A stretch of DNA of 64,000 nt from an uncultured Chloroflexia bacterium (GTDB taxonomy: Bacteria; Chloroflexota; Chloroflexia; QHBQ01; JADMIH01): positions 1 to 64,000 of the forward strand of contig CAWCNY010000005.1 in NCBI GenBank assembly GCA_963797095.1. The letters are read 5' to 3'. The position numbers and the translations under genes are program-made. Positions 19,847 to 30,225 of the stretch are shown piece after piece (the stretch's first letter is position 1; each line of letters opens with the position of its first letter). The notes beneath the pieces were generated by a model. The model ran no database searches. It was given only the letters and a program-made list of their open reading frames with translations, and was not told the DNA's origin.

Positions 19847-20527
19847 ATGCTTGTAGCCTATCTTGCTGTTATCACGCTGGGATCTTATCTATTGGGGGCG
19901 ATCCCCATAGGCGCTCTGGTGGCCGCCCACCAGAAGATAGACATTGCGAAACATGGCAGCGGAAAGATCGGCACTACAAACGTATTGAGGACAGTCGGAC
20001 GCCGAGCCGCCGCCATGGTGCTGGTGGGAGACCTCCTGAAAGGCGCGATAGCCGTACTCCTCACGAGATGGGTCGCCTCCTGGTTCGGCCTGGACCAGGA
20101 TCACATCCAGATTGCCGGCTTTCAAGCGTCCGTGATTACTGTGGCATCGCTGCTTGCAACGGTTGCGGTGGTTACCGGGCACGTGTGGTCATTGTACCTG
20201 CGGCTCACTTATGGAGCGTGGCACGGCGGCCGTGGCGTAGCTACCGCCATGGGTGCGATCTTTATTGTCAATCCCTGGGTAATCGTGCTCGCGGTTGCGG
20301 TGGCTATTCCAAGCATCGCCATTTCGCGCTACGTATCGCTGGGGTCGATCCTCGGCGCAGTCACCGCTGCCCTGGCTATTGTTGCCTTAGTCGTGTTCGG
20401 CCAGATGGATGCGCTATCCCTGTTGTTTGTCCTCGTGGCGCTCTTCGTAATCGTCCTGCACCGGGACAACATTCAGCGACTCTTGAAAGGCACCGAACGC
20501 AAGCTGGGCGAACGAGCTAGCACCTAG
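19847..20527 (+). CDS. plsY: glycerol-3-phosphate acyltransferase PlsY
   Basis: SYLLGAIP, GSGKIGTTNVLRT, DLLKG, GGRGVAT, RYVSLGS, HRDNIQRL. Confidence 0.93.
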   Translation: MLVAYLAVITLGSYLLGAIPIGALVAAHQKIDIAKHGSGKIGTTNVLRTVGRRAAAMVLVGDLLKGAIAVLLTRWVASWFGLDQDHIQIAGFQASVITVASLLATVAVVTGHVWSLYLRLTYGAWHGGRGVATAMGAIFIVNPWVIVLAVAVAIPSIAISRYVSLGSILGAVTAALAIVALVVFGQMDALSLLFVLVALFVIVLHRDNIQRLLKGTERKLGERAST

Positions 20528-20536
20528 CCGGCCTCC

Positions 20537-20935
20537 TTATAGGGGCCACGCGGCAAGCGGGATCGCAACCAGCATGACCACCAGGCTCAGCCCGAAAAAG
20601 AGTGCCGCCTGGGTGCCCTTTGCTGTATCACCCGTAGCTCGGTCCGCACGCACGCGGCCCACGTGAGCCAGCGCCACGGCCGCGATCATCGCCGGCGGGT
20701 GCACCCAGCTCAGGAAAGGATCGGCACCATCCCATCTCCCCTCACCGAACCACAGTACAGCGCCGATCAAGAACTGAATATCCACTGAAAGCGTAAAGAA
20801 GAACGAAATGCGATCCGCAATCCCGTCCCACGGACGAGACCCTGTAATCGCTATCACCGCCAGCACGATCGCCGCAATTGCCAGAAGCAGCACAACCCAC
20901 CGCCAGATACTGTGTATGGTAACTATCCAGTCCAT
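20537..20935 (-). CDS. hypothetical four-TM membrane protein
   Basis: IHSIWRW, DIQFLIG, HP..M..AH conserved-looking His residues; RBS ggggg. Confidence 0.7.
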   Translation of the reverse strand: MDWIVTIHSIWRWVVLLLAIAAIVLAVIAITGSRPWDGIADRISFFFTLSVDIQFLIGAVLWFGEGRWDGADPFLSWVHPPAMIAAVALAHVGRVRADRATGDTAKGTQAALFFGLSLVVMLVAIPLAAWPL

Positions 20936-20992
20936 TCGGTGCCCCCTGCTTGAATTATCTTTTCGGTTTCAGGACTTACGGGATATGTAGCT

Positions 20993-21973
20993 TTATCGAC
21001 CTGATACCAGTTCGGGCCATGCTTCGCTGAACAAGCCCTGGAGCAGACTAACTTTATAGCCGTTCTGCGACAGCGGGCGCGCATCTTCGACCATCAGCGC
21101 CGACAATTCGTCGCGTGAGATCGAAGAGATTGAGGTGCCCCGCAGACGCTCTTCCACGCTCGCCACTCTAATGGGAGTGACCGCCACCCCACCAAGTGCC
21201 ACCCTTGCCTCGACAATCGTATCGCCATCAAATTGCATAGCGAGAGCCAGGCCGGCCAGCGCGAAAGTCCACGTAGCGCGCGACATTGCCTTTCGGTATA
21301 GCGACTTGCCCGTAAACGCAGGCAATCTCATGCTGGTTATGATTGCGCTCTCAGGAATGTCAATCATCGTGCGGCGGTCCGGTGTCGGAAAGCGATAGAA
21401 CTTGCCTATGGGAACCTCCATAGCACCTTCCGGCGTGTAATATTGGACGGTCGCCTCAAGTGCCAGCAAGGCAACAGCCGGATCGGAAGGGTGGACGCTT
21501 ACACACACGCTCCGCTCAGGCTCTGTATTGAAGATAGCATGAAGTTCATTCTCCCCACCACGTGCGAAACACCGCTCTCCACCCTTCAACCAGCAGTTGA
21601 AAGGCCCCCGATAATACCAACACCTCGGCACCTGAAGCAGATTCCCGCCGAGCGTGCCCATGTTTCGCAGTTGCGGTGCTGCCGACAGGCGACAAGAGTC
21701 AGCAAGCGCGGTGTACTTGTCCCGGATAACCGGATGTGACGCCACCTCGCTCAACGTAGCCAGCGCCCCGATCTCGATCCCCTGGTCGGTGGCCTTTATT
21801 TCCCTGCCCTCGCGCCAGCGGGATATGTCAACAAGTGTGTCGGGGCTTGCCAGGTCGTCCTTCATTAGCGGGAGCAGCTCGGTCCCCCCGGCGATGATTC
21901 TCGCGTCGCCATTTCTAAGCAGACTTGCTGCCTGCCAGGGATCGTCAGCGCTCAGATAGGAGAAGTTTCTCAT
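20993..21973 (-). CDS. xanthine dehydrogenase family FAD-binding subunit
   Basis: IAGGTELL, QLRNMGTLGGNL, RCWYYR, HPSD, LGGVA. Confidence 0.92.
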   Translation of the reverse strand: MRNFSYLSADDPWQAASLLRNGDARIIAGGTELLPLMKDDLASPDTLVDISRWREGREIKATDQGIEIGALATLSEVASHPVIRDKYTALADSCRLSAAPQLRNMGTLGGNLLQVPRCWYYRGPFNCWLKGGERCFARGGENELHAIFNTEPERSVCVSVHPSDPAVALLALEATVQYYTPEGAMEVPIGKFYRFPTPDRRTMIDIPESAIITSMRLPAFTGKSLYRKAMSRATWTFALAGLALAMQFDGDTIVEARVALGGVAVTPIRVASVEERLRGTSISSISRDELSALMVEDARPLSQNGYKVSLLQGLFSEAWPELVSGR

Positions 21974-24318
21974 CTCTGCTTGCGCCCCCGATCTTGTTCA
22001 CCCTGCTGTGCGTTGATGGCTTCTAGCATCCTGCGCGTGGTCACGGGAAGCGAATGGACCCGCACGCCTGTTGCGTTATAGATAGCGTTGGCGATGGCGG
22101 CAGCCGTCGGGATGATGGGCGGTTCACCTGCTCCCTTTACTCCGATATGGTTCGCCAGCGTATCCGCCTTTCCAACCGCGTCCACCAGCATTTGCGGCGT
22201 GTCCACCACCGTCGGAATATGATAGCCATCCAGGCCCACGTTCAGCACTATTCCGGAAGTCTCGTCTACAATCTGCTCTTCAGTTAGGGCTAATCCCATA
22301 CCCTGGAGTATGCCTCCGTAGAACTGGCTGTTCAAGCCCTTCGGATTGATAACTCGACCGACATCGTGCACAGCCGCTATCCGCACAAGGCGAACCTGCC
22401 CTGTCAGAACATTTACCTCAACCTCCGCGATCTGAGCGCCCCAGGTCTTGACCTGCTGGGGCGGGTTGGGACCGCGATACCCCTTCCCCGTCACCATGTA
22501 GTCGCCGATCTCTTCAAGTATGCTCTTGAGCGGCCTCCGACCTTCCTTGCTGCCTTCAATCGACACGTAGCCGTCTTCAAGTGTGAGATAGTTAGCCGGC
22601 AACTCCATGAAGTACGACGCGATTTCGAGAAGTTGGCGGCGCGCATCACCGGCAGCCATCCGCACCGCCGGTCCGACCGATGCCGTCGTGATGCTGCCCC
22701 AGCTTGCAGGGCCATAAGGTCCTTTCTGAGTATCGCCAAGTCGGAAACGAATCGATTCCAGCGGCACGCCCAATTCCTCAGCAGCTATTTGGGCCAGCGC
22801 CGTCCTCGTGCCCGTACCGATATCCTGCATACCGGACGTTACTTCAATAGTTCCATCCGAATTGACACGCACGACTGCGTGCGCAGGTGGGCCTCCACCC
22901 CCTCCCCAGGTCTGGCTCGCAATGCCGATCCCGCGCCGCCAGGGCCTGTGCAACTCCAGACTGCCGCGAACAGGTAAATTCGCCTTTCGATCCATTCCCA
23001 TAAGGTCCAGCGCGCGGTCGTAGCACTCCAACAGGTGCTTGCTGGAGTAATCTTGCTGAGATACCTGGTCTGCGGGCATATGGTTCTTCTTGCGAAAATC
23101 GAGAGGGTCGATGCCCAGCTTATCGCACAAATCGTCAATTGCCGATTCCAGGCCAAACGTGCCTTCCACATAGCCGGGCGCGCGAAATGCGGAATGGCTG
23201 CCCATATTAGTCCGCACGCCCAGCATCAGCGTTCGCACGTTGGGGCAGCGATACAGTTCTTGGGCTGGGCCTACGACCGGGGCGGCCCAGGTCCCGTAAG
23301 CGCCGACGCTATAGAGCGCCTCCATATCGATCGCGGTGAGCGTTCCATCCTTTCGCGCGCCAATCTTGATCTTTTGAATCGTTGCACCCCGATACCCAGT
23401 GAGAGTATTCTCTTCCTGGCGGGTCAGCATCAGCTTGACCGGCCTCCCCGCCATACGGGCGAGCAGTGCGCAAATCACCGGCTGCTTGAGCGTCTGGCCT
23501 TTGCTCCCGAAGCCGCCTCCCATGTACTCGCAGATCACACGCACGCGGCTGAGAGGAATGTCGAGAGCATTGGCAACCCGGTCACGCACCCCAAAAATGT
23601 ACTGCGTCGACTCCCAGATCGTCAGTTCATCTCCCTCCCAGGCAGCCACGCTTCCATGTGTCTCCAGCGAGTTATGCAACTGGGTGGAGGTAGTGAAGAC
23701 CCCCTCGACTATCACGTCCGCCTGTTTGAAGCCCTTTTGTACATCACCGCGGCTGTACAACTCACCTTCCCGCCCGTCGCTTTTGAGCACGTTACCGCGC
23801 GGGTGTATCTGCGCGGCACCCGGTTTGGCCGCCTCCTCCACATTCAAAAGCGCTGGCAGCACCTCGTACCCTACCTCGATCAATCTGACGGCATCGCGTG
23901 CCGTGTCGAGGTCGTCGGCAGCCACCGCAGCGACCTCCTCACCCACAAAGCGCAAAGTCTCATCGAAGAGTTTGCTCGAACCGCTATACCACGAAATGTC
24001 AGGGGCGTTGTCTTTCGTCAAAATGGCGCGCACGCCCGGCAGCTTCTCAGCCGCTTCTGTATTTATCGAGACAATTCGAGCGTGGGGGTGAGGCGAGCGC
24101 AGAACCGCGGCGATCACCATTCCTGGGAGCGTAACATCGTAAGTATAGTGCGCATCGCCTGTCACCCGCTCGCGCGCGTCTATCCTGTTGGTACTCTTGC
24201 CAACCACTTTGAAATCGCGCCCCTCCTCCCAGGGAGTAGGCTCATCCTCTTCGATGACAACCGTCTCCTCGTGAATCCGGCCCTCGATTTCAACTTTGGT
24301 CTTGATTACGCGGGTCAA
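21970..24318 (-). CDS. xanthine dehydrogenase family molybdopterin-binding subunit
   Basis: RSPHPHARI, MGGGFGSK, FRAPG, DIGTG, KGAGE; TTG start at 24318 with aaggag RBS. Confidence 0.93.
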   Translation of the reverse strand: MTRVIKTKVEIEGRIHEETVVIEEDEPTPWEEGRDFKVVGKSTNRIDARERVTGDAHYTYDVTLPGMVIAAVLRSPHPHARIVSINTEAAEKLPGVRAILTKDNAPDISWYSGSSKLFDETLRFVGEEVAAVAADDLDTARDAVRLIEVGYEVLPALLNVEEAAKPGAAQIHPRGNVLKSDGREGELYSRGDVQKGFKQADVIVEGVFTTSTQLHNSLETHGSVAAWEGDELTIWESTQYIFGVRDRVANALDIPLSRVRVICEYMGGGFGSKGQTLKQPVICALLARMAGRPVKLMLTRQEENTLTGYRGATIQKIKIGARKDGTLTAIDMEALYSVGAYGTWAAPVVGPAQELYRCPNVRTLMLGVRTNMGSHSAFRAPGYVEGTFGLESAIDDLCDKLGIDPLDFRKKNHMPADQVSQQDYSSKHLLECYDRALDLMGMDRKANLPVRGSLELHRPWRRGIGIASQTWGGGGGPPAHAVVRVNSDGTIEVTSGMQDIGTGTRTALAQIAAEELGVPLESIRFRLGDTQKGPYGPASWGSITTASVGPAVRMAAGDARRQLLEIASYFMELPANYLTLEDGYVSIEGSKEGRRPLKSILEEIGDYMVTGKGYRGPNPPQQVKTWGAQIAEVEVNVLTGQVRLVRIAAVHDVGRVINPKGLNSQFYGGILQGMGLALTEEQIVDETSGIVLNVGLDGYHIPTVVDTPQMLVDAVGKADTLANHIGVKGAGEPPIIPTAAAIANAIYNATGVRVHSLPVTTRRMLEAINAQQGEQDRGRKQR

Positions 24319-24854
24319 CGTTTGCTCCTTTCCGGTAGAGCTTGCTGAGCCAGCTGAGCGGCCCGTTGCACCGCATCGATGATGCCCTGGTACGCCCCAC
24401 AACGGCAGAGATTTCCGGCCATGGCGGCCCTGATTTCATCCTCACCGGGTTCGGGATTATCTTTCAGCAGCGCGGTCGCCGACATCAGCTGGCCTGGGGT
24501 GCAAAAGCCGCATTGTAGAGCGTCGCAATCGATGAACGCCTGCTGCAAAGGGTTAAGCGTACCATCCGGCCTCGCGAGTCCTTCCACCGTGGTGATCTCG
24601 CTCTCCTTACATGAGGCTGCCAGCGTGAGGCAGGCCAGCACCGGCACGCCGTCCCGAAGCACTGTACAAGCGCCGCAGTGCCCCATATCACACACCTTCT
24701 TCGTGCCGGTCAGATATAGCTGGTCGCGGAGCAGATCAAGCAAGGTGCGGCGCGATGGCACCTCCACCCGGTACGGTTTGCCGTTCACATTAAGTCTGAT
24801 TGCATGCATCTCCGATGGCGGCGTCGGAGTGCTGTGGTCGCTATCTGTGGTCAT
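24315..24854 (-). CDS. (2Fe-2S)-binding subunit of Mo-hydroxylase
   Basis: GTKKVCDMGHCGACT, QCGFCTPG, GNLCRCG. Confidence 0.95.
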   Translation of the reverse strand: MTTDSDHSTPTPPSEMHAIRLNVNGKPYRVEVPSRRTLLDLLRDQLYLTGTKKVCDMGHCGACTVLRDGVPVLACLTLAASCKESEITTVEGLARPDGTLNPLQQAFIDCDALQCGFCTPGQLMSATALLKDNPEPGEDEIRAAMAGNLCRCGAYQGIIDAVQRAAQLAQQALPERSKR

Positions 24855-24944
24855 AGAATGCTCTTTGCTCGATTATTAGTGCAACAGGCAAGGCCGCTCA
24901 ACGGAATCGAGCGGCCCATATTCGGCATTGGCCGGAAGGTCGCT

Positions 24945-25973
24945 CTAAGGCTCGACCTGTACCGCCCAATCGCTCTGTATCACCTGCCCTCTATACTGGA
25001 ACTCGAACCACATCTTGTAAAGGCCCGGCGCCGGGAATACGTGATGGAATAGCACGTAAGGCCCATAAGTTGTCGACGGTTTGACGTCCTGCGGGCCTAA
25101 GATCGAAGCTTGAGCGGTCTGCTGGACGGGTGCGAGGGTTGGGGCGGGTTGGACGGTGCGGGTCGCGAGGGCGTTTTGCAAGTCAGGCACCAGCGTTGGT
25201 GGCGATAGCGTTGGAGTTACTGTTCCACTGGCGGCCACAGTCGGGCTGGGCGTAGCCGTGCCAGCGGCGGTCGTAGTGTGGGATGGCGATGTCCCTACCT
25301 CCCACGAGAACTGCCGCCCTTCCTGGTCAATTATCCAGAGGTAGCCGGGCGCATCGAGAAACGACCACAAACCGGTGACCGGCACACCACGCTCCGTAAC
25401 ATAAACGGCCAGTTGCTCGTCGCGACCGGCGTGCAAAGGTTGAGAGCCGGTCACGAGGTCCAATTGCAAGCCGTACTGCCGGTTCACTTTTGAGCGGTTA
25501 GTATCATCCTCCAACGCGGGCGCTGGCCCTTCGTCGGCGGCCTGGATGGTATAAGCGTACACCTGCGTACCGTCACCTGCGGGCTGGAAGATAGCGTAGT
25601 CGTAATACTTGCTCCGCACGGGAAAGTATGTTGGGAGCGATACGCCACTGAGCACCACTCGGTTGGTATAAGTATGCTTGAAGTGCGTGAGGTCGCGGCT
25701 GATAAGCACGTTGTGGACCGCCGCACCAAGCACGGGCGCGAAGTTGGTGGCCGCCTTCCCGCTGCTCGTATCCGTCAATTCATAATTGACCGTGCTCTGC
25801 TGCGGTGGGTTCAGTCTCTGAGGCTCGATACTGAACGCCACTTGATATTTCCCCACCCCATCAGGTCTATCAATGGTCGTGATACCGGTACACGCAGTGA
25901 GAGTCAGCACTGCCAAACTCGCGACCAGCACGGCAATGCCGCTCCTCAGACCCCACAAGCTCGAACGGACCAC
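24945..25973 (-). CDS. putative lipoprotein
   Basis: lipobox LTAC, Thr/Pro-rich stretch, FPAPGLYKMWFEFQ. Confidence 0.7.
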   Translation of the reverse strand: MVRSSLWGLRSGIAVLVASLAVLTLTACTGITTIDRPDGVGKYQVAFSIEPQRLNPPQQSTVNYELTDTSSGKAATNFAPVLGAAVHNVLISRDLTHFKHTYTNRVVLSGVSLPTYFPVRSKYYDYAIFQPAGDGTQVYAYTIQAADEGPAPALEDDTNRSKVNRQYGLQLDLVTGSQPLHAGRDEQLAVYVTERGVPVTGLWSFLDAPGYLWIIDQEGRQFSWEVGTSPSHTTTAAGTATPSPTVAASGTVTPTLSPPTLVPDLQNALATRTVQPAPTLAPVQQTAQASILGPQDVKPSTTYGPYVLFHHVFPAPGLYKMWFEFQYRGQVIQSDWAVQVEP

Positions 25974-26089
25974 TCCTTGCTCCTCCTTTGCGGTGTGCCA
26001 ACCAGGGGATTATATCACAGCTATCCCCCAATTGGCCTATTGAATCATCTTAATATTCCGCACGCGGGGTAAAAGGAATAGATCCTCCA

Positions 26090-28117
26090 TCAGGGCACCA
26101 GCAACTCACCATGGACAAGCTTCGGCTCGTAGTGTTGCATGGTGATACAGTTGGTTGGGCAGATCTGGGCGCACAGGCCGCACCGTATACAGAGCCACTC
26201 GTCCATGATCATCGCCGCGCCATATTTCCAGCGCCTGGCCTCTCTCAAGCGAGGCTCCTCTGGGCTGCCGTTCACGGTCTCAATCAGGCCGAGGTCGGCC
26301 ATATGGAGCACATTAGTCGGGCAAACTTCTATACAGGCGTTGCACAGGATACAGTTATCTCCGTCAAGGAAGATATTCAACTGGCATTGCAGGCATCGGC
26401 GAGCCTCCTCGAACGCTTCCTGCGGCGGCAACCCCTGCTCCACCTCTTGAGTGAGGCTGAAGCGAGTGCTGAGAGGTTCGGTCGGCATGTGGCGTCGAGG
26501 CACCGCGTCATAGTCCTCTGCGTCGACCAACCTGCGCTGCATCGTATCTGCCGTCCAGATCGAGATCGGCTGCCACGACATACGTATCGTAGCCTCAGGG
26601 GCGATCTCTTCGCGAACGGTTTCGGCTTGCGCCCACTCGTTGATCTGCCTGGTGACCTCCAGGTGATAATCGGACACATAATCGAGGTAGGGCACAAGAG
26701 CGAATTCGGCCTGGAGCGAAACTTTGTCCTGCTTGGTGTCGATGCCTCGCAGGAACTGGTCGATTGCAATTGCAGCTTTCTGCCCATCCCCTATGGCGGC
26801 GATAATCGTGCGAGCGCCCGCAACGTAGTCCCCTGCCGCGAACAGGCCGGGCACGCTGCTCATCCACGTGGCCTCATCGACCTGGATGCGCTTGCGCCTG
26901 TTGAGGGCCACACCCATCGTTGGAGGAAGCCACTCGGTCTCCGGACTCTGCCCTGTGGCAGCGATGACCGTATCAAGATCAAGCACAAACTCCGAACCTG
27001 GGATCGGCACCGGCGAGCGTCGCCCCGAGGCGTCAGGCTCGCCCAGGCGGTTGCGAATGCACCGCAGACCAATCACCTGGTTGTTCTCCTCCACGACCTC
27101 GATCGGAGATACCAGGAACCTGAAGTCCACCCCTTCGATCTCGGCTTCGCGCGCTTCCTCCTCGTACACTTGCATTTCATTGCGCGACCGCCTGTACAGC
27201 ACATAGACCTTCTCGGCACCCATTCTCAACGAAGAACGCGAGCAGTCCATAGCCGTAAATCCGCCGCCGATCACCGCCACACGCTTGCCGATGTACGGTC
27301 GCTGGTGCAAGTTCACCCTCTCCATAAACCACAGGCCCGGATAGAGCCCCTTGACATTCTCATAGTCCTCGCCGGGTAGCTCCATTTGCTGGGGCTTCTG
27401 CGTGCCCGCCGCGATCAAGACTGCGTCATGGCGCTTCATCAGGTCATCAAGTGGTATAGCATCGGGGTTCACCTTTTCAGCGCCCGGCCACGTGCCGATG
27501 CCGATTGGCGAATTGAGCTTGATTTCGACCCCCAATGCGGTCAGGTACTCGTTGATCTCTCGCCTGCAAAGGTCGCGAGGCAAACGCCATTCGGGGATCC
27601 CGGCGGTCAGCATTCCACCGGCCACCGGCAGCGATTCATAGACCGTGACACCGTAACCGAGTTTCGCCAGGTCGCGTGCGGCGGCGATTCCGGTTGGGCC
27701 TGCGCCGATCACAGCTATAGTCTTGCCCGAGGTTCGAGGAGCGCGCTCAGGAGGGATCCATGGCCCTCTATAGTCGGCGGCAACACGCTTCAGCCAGCAT
27801 ATAGCGATCGGCTCATCGAGGCGGCCACGCCTGCAAGCCGGTTCGCATGGCCTCGCGCACACTCGGCCCAGGATACCGGGAATAACGTTGTCTTCCAGGT
27901 TGACCCGGTAAGATTCCTCATAGTCCTCGGCTGCGATGTGCGCGATATACCGTGCCACGTCAGTGTAAGCGGGACAGGCATACTGGCACGAGATGTTCGC
28001 CAGGAACCACTCATTGTCGCCCGTATTCAGGTGATAAGGATTGGCTGCCCGTTCGGCATGACCAACGCTCGCCTCGGACCTCACCAGGCCCAACAACCTC
28101 ATTCGTTCATCAGCCAT
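26090..28117 (-). CDS. GltD-like NAD(P)/FAD oxidoreductase with extra C-terminal 4Fe-4S ferredoxin domain
   Basis: CQYACP, GRVCARPCE, GAGPTG, GGGFTAMD, EARRCLQC, CILCNACIEVCP, CIRCGLCAQICP. Confidence 0.9.
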   Translation of the reverse strand: MADERMRLLGLVRSEASVGHAERAANPYHLNTGDNEWFLANISCQYACPAYTDVARYIAHIAAEDYEESYRVNLEDNVIPGILGRVCARPCEPACRRGRLDEPIAICWLKRVAADYRGPWIPPERAPRTSGKTIAVIGAGPTGIAAARDLAKLGYGVTVYESLPVAGGMLTAGIPEWRLPRDLCRREINEYLTALGVEIKLNSPIGIGTWPGAEKVNPDAIPLDDLMKRHDAVLIAAGTQKPQQMELPGEDYENVKGLYPGLWFMERVNLHQRPYIGKRVAVIGGGFTAMDCSRSSLRMGAEKVYVLYRRSRNEMQVYEEEAREAEIEGVDFRFLVSPIEVVEENNQVIGLRCIRNRLGEPDASGRRSPVPIPGSEFVLDLDTVIAATGQSPETEWLPPTMGVALNRRKRIQVDEATWMSSVPGLFAAGDYVAGARTIIAAIGDGQKAAIAIDQFLRGIDTKQDKVSLQAEFALVPYLDYVSDYHLEVTRQINEWAQAETVREEIAPEATIRMSWQPISIWTADTMQRRLVDAEDYDAVPRRHMPTEPLSTRFSLTQEVEQGLPPQEAFEEARRCLQCQLNIFLDGDNCILCNACIEVCPTNVLHMADLGLIETVNGSPEEPRLREARRWKYGAAMIMDEWLCIRCGLCAQICPTNCITMQHYEPKLVHGELLVP

Positions 28118-28202
28118 TGAACACTCCTTTCACAACACGCAATCGTGTATTTGCAATTTGCTTAATTGCGCAATTGGTTGTCTTGCCGACACTTTTGCGC
28201 GG

Positions 28203-28847
28203 TCAGGTTGTTGGCAAATTAGCCAGATCAAGCAGCCAGCGCTCTTCATGGAGCGTGCTTGGATGCCCATGCCCGGGGAAAATGCGCGTATCATCCGGCA
28301 GTTGCGCAAGCCGCACCAGACTCAGTTGTAGCTGCTGAGAATTTCCACCTGGAAAATCGGTGCGCCCGATTCCGTGCCAGACCAATATGTCCCCTGAAAA
28401 AAGAGCTTTGGCCTCGGCTTCATGCAGGCAGATGCTGCCAGGCGTGTGGCCCGGAGTGTGCATCACCGTGAAACACATCTCCCCGATCTGCAGCTCCTCT
28501 CCATCATGAAGAAACCGGTCTGCCCGCCTTCCCTTGAGCGGTGGTATTTTCACATCTGGGTCTTCGGTGCCCAGGCTGGGATCAGCCAGGCGAGGAGCAT
28601 CCCATACATGCGCGCACAGAGGCGCTGCAATAGCCTCGGCCAGTGCGTAATTGTCGGCTATCTGGTCCCAGTGACCGTGCGTGCTCACAATGATATCTAC
28701 CGTCACACCGGCCGCCTTCACAGCTTTCAGATAAAGTGCCTTGGTGCCAAGAGGGGCGTCCACGATCAGGGCAGACCCGCCCGCCCTGTCATATACAAGG
28801 TAGCCCACAGCGCTCCTGGCGGCTCCCAGCACCGCTTCGATCTTCAC
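28203..28847 (-). CDS. MBL-fold metallo-hydrolase (glyoxalase II-like)
   Basis: THGHWDQ, HTPGHTPGS, FSGD, GRTDFPGG, PGHG. Confidence 0.92.
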   Translation of the reverse strand: MKIEAVLGAARSAVGYLVYDRAGGSALIVDAPLGTKALYLKAVKAAGVTVDIIVSTHGHWDQIADNYALAEAIAAPLCAHVWDAPRLADPSLGTEDPDVKIPPLKGRRADRFLHDGEELQIGEMCFTVMHTPGHTPGSICLHEAEAKALFSGDILVWHGIGRTDFPGGNSQQLQLSLVRLAQLPDDTRIFPGHGHPSTLHEERWLLDLANLPTT

Positions 28848-29563
28848 TGGCTCCCCTTCCTTTCCGCCATACGCTCAGCCCGCATCGCGACCAGTCGCAA
28901 CGGTCCCTCAGCAGAGGCCATTGAGGGCAACGCAGACACCGCAGCTTGTTGCGCACGTCGAATATTGGTATTACGCGCCAACTCCGGTATGAGAAACTTT
29001 TGGAGCATGGGCAGTTCAATGCCGCGAGGTATGAAGAGTACCAGCCTGCAAGAAGCATTGAGCGCATTTCGTACTGAATAGGCCTGCGTTCCACTCCAGG
29101 CAGCCACATTGCCCGCACCAATCTGGAGCGAGACCCCGGCCTGACCAACAATAATCGTCCCCTCCAGCACTGTGCACAGGATCGAACCCGTACCCCCCGC
29201 TGGGGCCACAAGTTCCACCCCAGGCGTAAGTTCCACCACAAGATGTGTGCCCTCATCCGACGCATGAACGACCTGGATGGGTGGGTCAGTAGTGGCAGAT
29301 CGCCTCGCGCCGACAATTGTCGGAACACTGGGGAAGGGTACTGTCGAGTCGTTTGCCTGTGTGTCACCTTCGGCCAGCAGAACGGTAGATGACACACCAA
29401 GTGCCTTCGCGATCTTGACAAGGCTCGCGAGCGACGGATTGGACCGCCCGCTCTCCACCTGGCTGAGGAATCCTTTGGTGAGGCCCGCCGCCCGCGCCAA
29501 TTGGGAAAGGCTGAAATGTTGCTCGATGCGCGCGGCTTTTATCTTCTCACCCAATGTTGCCAT
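28844..29563 (-). CDS. XRE-family HTH regulator with cupin sensor domain
   Basis: LSQLARAAGLTKGFLSQVESGRSNPSLASL, followed by a cupin-like region. Confidence 0.88.
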   Translation of the reverse strand: MATLGEKIKAARIEQHFSLSQLARAAGLTKGFLSQVESGRSNPSLASLVKIAKALGVSSTVLLAEGDTQANDSTVPFPSVPTIVGARRSATTDPPIQVVHASDEGTHLVVELTPGVELVAPAGGTGSILCTVLEGTIIVGQAGVSLQIGAGNVAAWSGTQAYSVRNALNASCRLVLFIPRGIELPMLQKFLIPELARNTNIRRAQQAAVSALPSMASAEGPLRLVAMRAERMAERKGSQ

Positions 29564-29565
29564 CG

Positions 29566-29640
29566 TTTAGTCCTGCTAAATCTGTTTAGTGTGGCATAAC
29601 CCTCTGTACAGAATATATCACCGGGCATTAAGGATGTCAA
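29566..29640 (-). promoter_or_regulatory. sigma70-like promoter and putative XRE operator
   Basis: minus strand TTGACA(29640-29635)-17-TATATT(29617-29612); palindrome TTTAG-N5-CTAAA at 29566-29580 plus a degenerate copy at ~29584. Confidence 0.6.
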
Positions 29641-29700
29641 GTGCGCTCGGCTACGCAAGCCGGTTATGAGTCAAATAGAAAGCGTTTAGATGTGCGGTTA

Positions 29701-30050
29701 GTAGGGCCACCCACGACGGGTGGCCTCTTGGGACGAGATCACGGCCTGTAAACAGGGCATCCACGAGAGGCAATGGTGTCGCTAAACTCACGAACATCGC
29801 ACAAGCGCGGGCCTTGCTAACGTGTGCCCTGTTATTACACCATCCCAACATAGTCGTGAAGGAACGCAAGAGAGTAGCCCAGCGCGTAAGCCCTGTGGTA
29901 AGCCCTGTGGTAAGCCCAACATAACGCCATAGCCCCGTAGGGGCGCAAAAAACATGCACTCCGGCCCTGTATGACGCGATCATGCAATGATCTTACGTCC
30001 CTGTGGGACTACTTAGCTGGGTGGTATGCGCCCCTTGTGGGTGCCCCTAC
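29701..30050. repeat. cluster of GTAG-type REP-like palindromes and a 12-bp tandem repeat
   Basis: gtagggccacccacgacgggtggcc (29701), gtaggggcgc (29937), ..gggtgcccctac (30050); (gtaagccctgtg)x2.7 at 29886-29917. Confidence 0.5.
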
Positions 30051-30225
30051 TCCGGTATTTTCTCTATCATGAGTCTGAACGCTTATCCAAATAGGTACCT
30101 TTCGGAAAACCAACGCGGTATGTTATAGTTAGGAGCAGTATCGACGATGTGCTTGCGACGATAGTGTCGCGTGTCCCAAAACCTGGCAATTAGCATCTGA
30201 CCTGATTGCCGATACACGACCTCTA

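Noticed and set aside
23035-27379. Long antisense ORFs (23035-24348, 26111-27379 and similar)
   Set aside because: Shadow frames of GC-rich real genes with no recognisable motifs
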